This document shows, piece by piece, positions 12,644 to 23,705 of a stretch of 64,000 nt of DNA. How positions within the stretch are numbered: the first letter of the stretch is position 1; each line of letters begins with the position of its first letter. The notes under the pieces are model-generated. The model did no database searches. It was not told the origin of the DNA and saw nothing but the letters and a program-made list of their open reading frames with translations. Source of the stretch: Octopus sinensis (Eukaryota); assembly GCF_006345805.1 (NCBI RefSeq), contig NC_043008.1, positions 15,066,001-15,130,000 of the forward strand, in the 5' to 3' direction. The position numbers and the translations under genes are program-made.

Positions 12644-13619
12644 CTTGCACATGAGTGTTTCTATCTAAGCTTACATTGACATAATATTCTTATAATTTAT
12701 CATATCTTTCAAGCAGTATTTCAATATGCAGAATGCCATTACAAAGTTATAAATATTCAATATGACAGTTGATTCTGGATTCACCTGACCTTGATATTTC
12801 AAAGAAGATGATTTTAGAAAAAAGATGAAAATCGAGGAGTTGTGTAATGAAAAACACAAAATGATTAACCCTAGCAGTGAGGAAAACCAGAAACGATTGT
12901 ATAGCTTGGCAGAGAGATGTAAAACGTAACATGTTATAAGAAATTCTGTGGATTCCACACGAAATTCTCTGACGAAATTCCCATCGAATAATAGAATACT
13001 CGCATCGATATAATACTAGATAAATACAAAAGTGCCCGCTAAATATAAAAGAAACATTATAAATTATTGTAGTCCTTAGGGTCTTGTATGGATCTGTTGA
13101 CAAAGACGAGGTCTCACTTTAGTAGAAATAATGGCACAAATACTGAATATTTTGTGGATGTTTATACTGCTGATGTGAATACTTGCATTAGATTATCATA
13201 GGTGATTCGAGCGTTGATAGAACATCTTTCAGCGATCGACAAATAAAAATAGCTCTGAGCCTCCGAATATTTATCAAATAATAACATGTATTTCATTAAT
13301 AAATGATAATATAACATAACCAAACACCGCATTTACACGTGAAGGGCTTATTTTATTCATATATTTATTTCTCATTATATGGTGAGCAAAAGACAAACGT
13401 ATGCAACTGAGAAATGCAAACATTACTATAATTTTTTAAACATCTGAAGAAGTGAATTGGAAGATTCGGTATAGCACGGGACAAAACGCTTTCTATTATT
13501 CAATTATAACCCACATAATTTAGGGGTTCAAGCTTGGTTAGTTGCGACAGAGTATTTCACTCTACAGAATCGATAATATCTTTGGATTACTAGGGCCGAC
13601 TAAATCAATTTTAAGTATA

Positions 13620-14022
13620 GGCGTAGGAGTGGATGTGTGGTAAGTCGCTTGCTTACGAACCACATGGTTCCGGGTTCAGTCCCACTGCGTGGCACCTTGG
13701 GCAAGTGTCTTCTAGTATAGCCTCGGGCCGACCAAAGCCTTGTGAGTGGATTTGGTAGACGGAAACTGAAAGAAGCCCGTCAATATATGTGTATATATTT
13801 ATGTGTATGTATGTGTATAAGTTTGTGCGTTTGTATTTGTCCTCCCCCCAAATCGCTTGACAACCGATGCTGGTGTGTTTACGTCCCCGTCACTTAGCGG
13901 TTCGGCAAAAGAGACCGATAGAATAAGTACTAGGCTTACAAAGATTTCCTCGACTAAAGGCGGTGCTCCAGCATGGCCACAGTCAAATGACTGAAACAAG
14001 TAAAAGAATAAAAGAATAAAAG
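13620..14022 (+). mobile_element. tRNA-derived SINE, family B (full length)
   Basis: ggagtgg(c/a)tgtgtggtaag head, gggttcagtccc B-box-like, accttgggcaagt (CORE-like), internal TA/TG microsatellite, tail ggcggtgctccagcatggcc...gactgaaacaag(taaaaga)n. Confidence 0.92.
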
Positions 14023-14089
14023 ATATCTCCCTCTGAATTAGTTGTCTTGTATTTAAATTTGAGATGACAGGCAAAATTTTGGCCTCGTC

Positions 14090-14880
14090 ATTTATAGGGA
14101 ATTCACATCTCCTCCCTGTGAATCTTGGGGAATATTCGAAGAATAGAACTCATTATTCGTATGACACATTGTTAAATAAACATTTACAAGTTTCTATCTC
14201 TATGTATTGTGATACTTCGTAGCGAAGGGCTGGCATAATTCTACGCGACAACAATAGGAGATATGTCACGAATAGAAAATAATTCACATGGTTTTCTTTG
14301 ATCTAACCAAGGCCACTGGCACGAGAAGAAGCTCTCTGCTGGTGTATGTTGCATATTAGATGTTAAAGGAAATTCATTAAAGCTACTCGAACTCTACACA
14401 GCACGTTGAAAGCATCTATACTAAACAACATTCCTATAATTGTGTAAGAATGAACGATCATCTACTGCTAAAGCAAATACATAAAAGTATAAACGGCTCA
14501 ATATGTATGTTGTATTCTTTCTCCTATGTGTACAAGTGGCAGTCAGTACTTTGCGGGTGAAAATCAAAGCGTATCCATTTCCCGAGGTGTGATCAAACGT
14601 AAACAATAACCAGTAGATATTGATATTGATATAAAAAAAAACGTAACAAAATCTAACCAAATAACTTATGTGATATATTCCTGATTGAACGAGAACAACT
14701 GGATTAATCAATTGGATTAATTAACCGTAAAATAAAACTCCAAATAGCATAATTCAACGACTTTGGAGATAGCTACTTTATAACATAAGATTCTCCGATG
14801 ATTGGACTGAAATGAATGAAAAGTGTAAGCGACCTGGCTGGAAGCGTTGGTATATTGTTTAACAAACACTTCCTTTTGGT
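14090..14880 (+). pseudogene. Highly decayed RTE-like LINE reverse-transcriptase remnant
   Basis: Hand translation gives RQQ*EICHE*KIIHMVFFDLTKA (14282-14314, cf. RQLQEKCREQ...LHMVFIDLTKAFD), then ...C*RKFIK (cf. GCPxKFI), and FSDD at 14791-14802 (YADD box); many stops and frameshifts. Confidence 0.55.
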
Positions 14881-15039
14881 GGTTTGGCACAGATATTGGT
14901 TTCATATATATATATGTATTTAAAATCATTAGATAGTGCAGTACGATAGTATTGTTTTCCAGTAAAACAAAGCACCGTAAGGTTATAGTGTAGATATAGA
15001 ATAAGGGTACAACAATGCACCAGTATTTACTGGAAATAA

Positions 15040-15130
15040 CAATCGATAATCTACGACGCTATAGTATATCCATACACCATATATATATATAATGGTGTAT
15101 GGATATACTATAGCGTCGTATTATCGATTG
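15040..15130. repeat. Near-perfect 91-bp palindrome around a (TA)n loop
   Basis: tacgacgctatagtatatccatacacca (15052-15079) is the exact reverse complement of 15093-15120; outer caatcgataa pairs with ttatcgattg, with a 2-nt bulge. Confidence 0.95.
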
Positions 15131-15163
<33 letters not shown>

Positions 15164-15268
15164 TATATTAATATATATAAATATGAATTAGATATAAAAC
15201 CACTATTATGCAACTCAAACAGGATAGACATAAACCAATACATAAATAACAAATAATAATATATATAA

Positions 15269-15322
<54 letters not shown>

Positions 15323-15341
15323 ATTATATATATATATATTA

Positions 15342-15389
<48 letters not shown>

Positions 15390-16204
15390 TTTTTTTAAAA
15401 AAGTATAAACTGAATATTAAATATATTATAATAAGTAATATATAAATATATATATATATATTGGTAAAAACGGTAAGATAACAAAAGAAAGAAAGAGACC
15501 TCAATATTATGTAAATAAAGGACATTTATCTATAAAATAATATGTTACAATTACTCAATAGTCAAGATAAAACTCTGAGTTTCAGATGCCGAAGTGGAAA
15601 TCCACAACACCATATACATATATACATAAGACAGGATTCTACATATTTTCCAATTACCGTATTTACTTACAAGGCATTGGTCAGTCAGGGCTATAGTACA
15701 AAGCATGCAGTTTGAAAGCGAGTCAGGATATACTAATTTCTCAACAAAGAGAACCTACAAATGAAATACGGTTTCGTTTCCTGCATAAATCAATATTTAT
15801 CTTCATACACTAAAAAAAAAAAATAATGAATAGAAAACATGGAAAATTATCACCCTGCACTATAAATATGTATTATCAAGAATGAAATTGATAGTCCCAA
15901 GGACTTTTGAAGAACAGGTAAGATTTTCGTATACCTGCCTAGTTATTGAGCCGGTTTCGATATCTCGATTGAAAGTTTTTATCTCACTAAGAGCGCTCCT
16001 GCTATTCAGAAATGGATGAGCGACACAATCTCTCAGACGCTGTACCCTGGAAATATATATATAAAAAATATTCAATTGTATTTTGATTAAGCAAAAAGGA
16101 AAAAAAAAATGATATAAATAATTTCAAATCATTATGGAACCACAATTGCGGTATATGCCTCTATATTTTAAAATAATTTATATTTAAGCACACGCACGCA
16201 CACA

Positions 16205-16218
16205 CAAATATACACACA

Positions 16219-16292
<74 letters not shown>

Positions 16293-16295
16293 TAT
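16205..16295. repeat. (CA)n microsatellite
   Basis: Long cacaca run. Confidence 0.95.
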
Positions 16296-16719
16296 ACAGA
16301 GACACACAAACAGATCTTAAATTGAGCTTTATAATGTTTTTCAATTAAAATATTTTCATAGAAAACATTGTACATTAAACAAAATAGAATGAATAAACCT
16401 GAAATACGGATTGAAAAGAACAAGAAAAGGGACATTACAATTTCATATTTGGTTATTACATTCATAAAAAAAAAATGGGGCTTATTGGTTATAATCTTCT
16501 TTTAGAATTTTCAGAGTAAACTGAAGTTATAAATGGCTATTTTCACTAGTATATCGCCTATGCAAATATATTTTGTATAAAAATAAAAGTCGAGATATTT
16601 CTTTTGAATGATAGAAACTAATGGAGTTATCAATAGAGGAAACTATAAAACAATATGCTTTATATGATGTACCATAGAGTAGTATATATTTTGCTGCTAC
16701 GAATCTCTAGTACATATAT

Positions 16720-16827
16720 CGTTATACTATTTCCTATACATAAAGGCACGCAGACAATCATATATACATACATACATACATACAATCATACATACATACA
16801 TACATAGTACATACATACATACATATA

Positions 16828-16861
<34 letters not shown>

Positions 16862-16873
16862 CATACATACATA

Positions 16874-16904
<31 letters not shown>

Positions 16905-17443
16905 CATAATACATATTTATATATATTTGTGTGTATGTATATATATATATATATACACATACATATACATATTTATATATACATATATTTGCAAATATAT
17001 ATATATATATACATGCAAACATACGTACACATACATACACACACACACATATATATGTATATATCTATATATTTGTATATGTATATATCCATATAAACAT
17101 ACATATATACATATATATAATAGACACCCACACACACATATATATATATATAAATGAAATGCATTATATATATATATTATATATACGGATATTATGAAAA
17201 TATATATGATATATGATATATATATCTATATATATATATGTATGTATAATATATAAATATATATGCATATACATTTTATATATATGGATATATATATATA
17301 TATATGTATATATCGATTCATACCCATAAATTATGTCGTTTCACATACACACACACACAATACCTAGAAACATATAGAATTCAAACCTATACATGTACAT
17401 ACGCAGAGGTAGGTATGTGTGTATATATATGTACGTATGCATA

Positions 17444-17521
<78 letters not shown>

Positions 17522-17567
17522 CGGGTATATATGTATTTGTGTGTTTGCGTGAATGCATATACAAAAT

Positions 17568-17602
<35 letters not shown>

Positions 17603-17665
17603 TATATATATACATACATGCATATATACAAGTACATACACACACACACACATATGTACACATAC
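16720..17665. repeat. Compound (TACA)n/(TA)n/(CA)n microsatellite region
   Basis: Explains the cluster of YIYI/MYVC ORFs. Confidence 0.9.
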
Positions 17666-18419
17666 CTATACTTATACGTAGTGTTTTGTATTGAATGGCG
17701 TACTCTGATGCATAGCTTTGATGTTATGAGTCAAAACAGCAATAATATACCCAATATTATTGTCAATATACTTTCCACGCTTTTCTTTAGATTAGATCTG
17801 GTGACTATAGCTTTTCGATTTATTATCAATAAACAATCAGTTCAAAGAAGTTACAGCCAACGGGTCTAAACAGAAGTGTTAGATTGACTATTGAATTCGG
17901 CAAAAAAAAATAAAGAAAAAAAAATAATACTATTAAAATTATATAAATAGATATAAAATGAAACCGAATAAATATCGCCAAAATAAATAAATAAATAAAT
18001 AAATAGATAGATAAATAAAACAAACACAAAGATCACGTAAATAAACATATAAGCCAAAAGAAATTGGAACTACTGGTGGTTTTAGAATTGTCACGTCCTA
18101 TCTAATGTTATAGTTAACGTAGAATAAATTAGCGACTAGTATTTGTCAGACATACTGTTTTCTAATGGCGTCAGCAGGAATATACAAGAGCCGTAGAATG
18201 CATGGTATCGGCCCGGATGGACTGCGTCAAAATTGCAAAAAAAAAAATAAATAAATAAAATAAAATAAACATAAAGAATCAGCGTTCGATTCCGAGTTAA
18301 AACATTCATTTCAAAATGCCTGACACCTGTTGCGATAAAACTTAAAAGGAACTGGCGAAATATTAGAATGAAATGAACTGATACACACTCACACACACAT
18401 ACATACGTGTGACCACGTG

Positions 18420-18616
18420 TATACCGTTGGCGATTTTTTTACCCTCTGTCTTCCCTTCTTTGGATCTTTCCTTCTCCTATGTTTCCGACGAAAGGCTCCG
18501 CTCGAAACGTTAAACCCTCCTTCTTTCCCTCTTTCCTGAGCGTCCAATAATACTATATTTGTTCCACGTCCTCGCGTTGTTGTGCTTTTTTGTGCTTTCT
18601 TGTTTGGATTAACTTT
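18420..18616 (+). mobile_element. Short pyrimidine-rich unit next to (TA)n/(CA)n, Penelope-LTR/retrozyme-like
   Basis: Shares its layout with 10765-10949 and carries the hammerhead-like motif at 18481. Confidence 0.5.
18481..18515 (+). ncRNA. Degenerate minimal type-I hammerhead ribozyme motif
   Basis: gttt / ccgacga (one change from CUGACGA) / a / aggc-tcc-gctc stem II / gaaac / gt / t / aaac; gttt pairs with aaac (stem I); stem III is the palindrome acgt. Confidence 0.6.
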
Positions 18617-18938
18617 ATATATATATATATTATATATTAATATATATATATATCTATATATATAATAATTATATATATATATATATATGTGTGTGTACGT
18701 ATGTATGTATATATATATATATATATGTATCTATTCCGAAGCTTATTGGTAGAGAGAGATAGAGAGGAAGAGGGAGAGAGAAAGAGAGAGTATGTGTATG
18801 TATCGCATGAATATGCGAGTAAATGGTGTCCAGTGTCTCGTCTTCGGCACTCCACGAACACCTGTCATTCACTGTGACTGATTCCACTTGGATGTGCAGG
18901 CATTTAAAACGGAGCGATATAAATCCTTATGTATTTCA

Positions 18939-19053
<115 letters not shown>

Positions 19054-19389
19054 ATTCTAAGAAACTCGTCTGCACTATTTTCTTATTTTACTCATCTCTC
19101 TCTTCCCTTATACCTGTACATATCAGTATGATATAAATGTTAATATGTACTCATGCATGTATATATATATATATACATATATATTTCTGAGAAAAAAAAC
19201 ACTTACAATACTCACTTATTTTTTAATCAAAATATTTAATAAAAGTTACGATAAATGTATTAGCTATGATAAATGTATTATGATTAATGACACTGAATAT
19301 ATTAAAAAATGAGGCTAAATAATGTAATGTGCTAATAATTTTAATGAATTAAGTATTATAGCATTCATGTGATACTTACTTTCACCTTC

Positions 19390-19391
19390 CC

Positions 19392-19436
<45 letters not shown>

Positions 19437-19773
19437 ATATATATATGTATATATATATGTTATATATATATGTATATATATATGTATATATATATGTATA
19501 TATATTACATACATATATATATATATATATATATAATATATATATATAATATATTATATATATATATATTACATACATATATATATATATATATATCTGA
19601 AACAAGTAAGAAAGATTAAAACAAGAAAGAAAAAAGAAAAGAAAAAATATGTATATATATTATATATATACATACATATATGTATGTATATATATATATA
19701 TATATATATATACATACATATATGTATGTATGTATATATATATATACATACATACATATATGTATATATATTA

Positions 19774-19840
<67 letters not shown>

Positions 19841-19845
19841 GTATG
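19390..19845. repeat. (TA)n microsatellite region
   Basis: Long ta runs with variants. Confidence 0.9.
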
Positions 19846-20530
19846 TGTGTATATCAGTTCATTTCATTCTAATACTGCGCCAGTTCCTTTTAAGTTTTAT
19901 TACAACAGGTGTCAGGCATTTTGAAATAAATCTTTTAAGTGTAATATATTTGTGCATATTTTTCTCCTTCGTCTGTTTAACACGCCTGGGCCTTTAGATA
20001 CAAATGTTTTCGAAACGATAGGGTCGAAAGTGTCTCCACTGGGTAAATTTGTTATCGATTTATCGTATCCCGATATTTTCTTGAATCATGAATAACTCCT
20101 ATGAACTCTACGTGATTGTGGGGATCAGTCTCAATTTCGGTTTTATAGTGTTAATAGATAATTTCTTTACCTCAAGGTGAAGTTAGAGATCGGTATCTAG
20201 AATGAAATTGCTGGATGATTTGAGAGCCATACTCGAAAGCTTGGTCAATGAAACGAATGATATCTTAAAAATTTTTTCTTATAAAATACTCAACGAAACA
20301 CCCGCAGTTTCCTGCCCAATTCCATAGCCATTTAAATATTTCAAGTCTACTTTGCTTTGTATCACCGGTAAATATATGGAATAAGTCCTTAATGGAATAA
20401 GTCCTTTGACAAAAGAAATAATTCGAATTGTGGTTATCAGGTCTGTTTATGATTGTCTATAACTATTACTGCGTCCTTCTGTTTTTTAAGGCACTCGACT
20501 GCAATGTGAGAATATTTAGCTTGTATTTCT

Positions 20531-21113
20531 TATTTCTTTACTGCCTACGAGGGGCTAAACATAGAGGGGGACAAATAAGGACAGCCAAACGGATTAAGTC
20601 GATTATATTGACCCCAGTGTGTAAGTGGTACTTATTTAATCGACCCCGAAAGGATGAAAGGCAATTTGAACTCAGAACGTAGCGGCAGACGAAAGATCTA
20701 TTTCTTTACTAACCACAAGGGGTTACACACAGAGGGGAGAAACAAGGACAGACAAAGAGATTAAGTCGATTATATCGACCCCAGTGCGTAACTGGTACTT
20801 ATTTAATCGACCCCGAAAGGATGAAAGGCAAAGTCGACCTCGGCGGAATTTGAACTCACAACGTAACGACAGACGAAATACCTATTTCTTTACTACCCAC
20901 AAGGGGCTAAACACAGAGAGGACAAACAAGGACAGACAAACGGATTAAATCGATTACATCGACCCCAGTGCGTAACTGGTACTTATTTAATCCATCCCGA
21001 AAGGATGAAAGGCAATGTCGACCTCGGCGGAATTTGAACTCAGAATGTAACGGCGGACAAAATACCGCAAAGCATTTCGCCCGGCGCGCTAACGCTTCTC
21101 CTAGCTCGCCGCC
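20531..21113 (-). mobile_element. Family A SINE trimer (full head copy + two internally restarted copies)
   Basis: Full copy 20883-21113; copies 20699-20880 and 20531-20694 both begin at the internal (ta)tttcgtctg motif directly after the preceding tail. Confidence 0.92.
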
Positions 21114-21179
21114 TTCTATCTCTTGTAGATTAAACTATTGCGTAAGTACTCTCTTGTTGGCTTGACTCTTAATTAGTTA

Positions 21180-21520
21180 GTCGAGCATGTTTTAAAAGAG
21201 CTTACATAGAGAAAGCTAATGTCGACAGAATTGACAGATGTTTCATTATCTTGATGTTACATTAATTAAAACTGAAACTACAACCACTCTACTAATTAAA
21301 AATACGCATCTCAGACCATCACATTTCCAAGAAATATTAGTCATAATCACAATGACCATTAATGAACTTTCCTGTACACCAGTTATTACATAAATCTCTT
21401 TACAAAACCAATGGCTATCCGCTTCATAATTTAGCATATAAAATTGCTCTTCCATACGTGTGGAAAGATTTTGACAATCAAGAAATGCTAATGTAATTAG
21501 AATGAAATACCGACCATTGA
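21180..21520 (+). pseudogene. Possible decayed Penelope-like ORF fragment
   Basis: Hand translation in broken frames gives YLDVTLIK, NGYP and LPYV, motifs typical of the Penelope-like post-RT/linker region. Confidence 0.35.
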
Positions 21521-22004
21521 ACCCATGACCGCACACCGTCACATATGCAAATTCTAAAGCCATCCTAAAAGAATGTCTTAATTTTTTTGGTGGGGATGAA
21601 CTGTTCTCTTTGTTACTATCATCTTCATCGACTTTCTTACTCCGATCTTGTTCTATGATTAACTAGACTATAAATTAAAACTGACCCCATAAAAAAAAAC
21701 AAAATGGCAGAAAAATCAGTGACAGTCAGTGTCTTCTTGAAAAAAATTTCAGTTACAACTGAGATGCTGTTCGTACAACATATTCTTTGTCTATCTCCTT
21801 AACTTCTTGGAAATTTTAGGTAAATTATACTAATGTGTCCTTCTGTTCTAATTTAATTAAATTCTATGTCTTTGTGCAGCTGAAGATTGCTCTACATTTT
21901 AAATTGATGTAATGAAATGATTGCATGTTCAATTAAATGGTTGCATGAAACGATCGTACTGCATTACCTCTGGATATCCTTGTTGCGTATTTTGATTTTA
22001 TATA

Positions 22005-22067
<63 letters not shown>

Positions 22068-22086
22068 GTATATACATACATACATG

Positions 22087-22127
<41 letters not shown>

Positions 22128-22143
22128 CACATACATATATATG

Positions 22144-22318
22144 AGTCTTTGTGTCTGTGTTTGTCCCGAACAATTCGATTGTAAACCGGTACTGATGTGT
22201 TTACGTCTCCGTAATTTAGAGGTTTGGCAAACGGTCCGATAGAATAACTAACAGGTTTAAAAAAATTCATGGTGATGCTTTAGCATGGCCAAAGTCTAAT
22301 GATTAAACAACTAAAAGA
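22144..22318 (+). mobile_element. Family B SINE, degenerate 3' half
   Basis: gtgtctgtgtttgtccc...gtgtttacgtc..cgtaa..tag...cgatagaataa...gcatggcc...aaaaga. Confidence 0.7.
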
Positions 22319-22320
22319 AA

Positions 22321-22362
<42 letters not shown>

Positions 22363-22611
22363 TTACTCCACACACACACATACAGGTATATATAATTTAT
22401 GTACACACATACACACTACACACAGAAGACAATATACATATACCTCTCTTTGTAACCACCTGATTTCGGGTTTCGGCCCGTTGTGTTTTCTGTCTCTTTC
22501 ACTATTGCTCTGGACCAACCATTGCCTTGTGGGGGAATTTGGTGGAGAGAAGCTGTGTGGAATCCTCATACACACACACACTCACAACACACATACACAC
22601 ATGTACGTGAG

Positions 22612-22810
22612 TGTGTCTGAGTCCCACACCACCGCTTGACAACCGGTGTTGTTCTTTTTATGTCTTCAAAACTAATGGTTCGGCAAAATAGACGATGAAA
22701 TGAATCTAAGATTCCAATAAATTAAGTATTGGGTCGATGTGTTCGGCTAAAACCTGCAAGGTAGTACACCTGTATGGCCGCAGTCCAATAAATGACACAA
22801 TAATTAAGAA
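22612..22810 (+). mobile_element. Family B-like SINE, degenerate 3' half
   Basis: cgcttgacaaccgg...ggttcggcaaaa...ggggtcgat...tatggccgcagtc. Confidence 0.65.
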
Positions 22811-23480
22811 TGTACACACACACATACATATATGTACACACACACGCGCACGCGCACATATATACATATATATACATATATATATATATATGCATGTATA
22901 TACATACAAATATACATACACACATACACACACATATATATGTATGTATGTATATAACATAACACATTTACTTTTCCCGATTTTAGCCATCGAAGAAGAC
23001 TTCCTGAAAACATACTCCAGTGTAACTAGCAGTATCCGCTAGGTTTTGTTTTCCGTCTCTAACTAAGAGGCATATTTCATTTCCATTAATTTCTTTTTCT
23101 TTGTGTGTGTACCTCGTTCAGAAGCTCACCTCTTACTTCAGTTATCGAGAAACACACGTCATAGTCCTAGATACTCTGTTCTGAAAACAAAAGAACGTAT
23201 GATCACAGTTTAATGTCTTTAATCAAAGTCATGCACCGTGAGTTTCAAACTAGGGATGAATAACACATCTCGTTTCCTTCTGTTCTTGAAAGAAAAAAAA
23301 AACAACGAAAAACGAATGGATCAAGTGGTGTACTTAGTTTGGATTAAAACAATTGGATATACCTTCTATTGGTTATCATTGGGGACTCCATTATAAGTAG
23401 TTACCGTTGGAGAGCAACGTGTAGTAAGAAAAAATTTATAATCGAGTCATGCTTACGAAATTACTCGTTTATTTCATAAA

Positions 23481-23705
23481 TTATTGTTCTCTATTCTTGG
23501 CATAAGGTTCGAAATTTTTTGGGGAGGGGGCCAGTCGATTAAATCGACCACAGTGTGTAGCTGGTATTTAATTTATCGACCCCGAAAGGATAAAAGAGGC
23601 ATAGTCGATCTCGGTGGAATTTCAACTCAAAACGTAAAGTCAGACGAAATACCTATTTCTTTACTACCTACAAGGGGCTACACACAGAGAGAACAAACAA
23701 GGACA
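23481..23705 (-). mobile_element. Family A multimer fragment: A1 tail, internal restart, A2 tail
   Basis: Junction cagacgaaata-cc-tatttctttact at 23641-23664 is the same as at 20870-20893; the distal end carries the alternative ccctccccaaaaaatttcg..ccttatgcc tail. Confidence 0.8.

Noticed and set aside
15560-15613. Hammerhead-like half motif on the minus strand (gaaac-tc-a-gagt-t)
   Set aside because: GAAAC and a palindromic stem III are visible, but the CUGANGA core is absent because the sequence breaks into microsatellite; it cannot be called from this copy.
20531-21113. Tandem units that might suggest a CRISPR-like array
   Set aside because: The units are about 182-bp SINE bodies with no unique spacers; the context is eukaryotic and there are no cas genes.
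23034-23060. actagcagtatccgc, resembling the Helitron 3' end at 11826
   Set aside because: The match is only about 15 nt, with no hairpin and no 5' end nearby.
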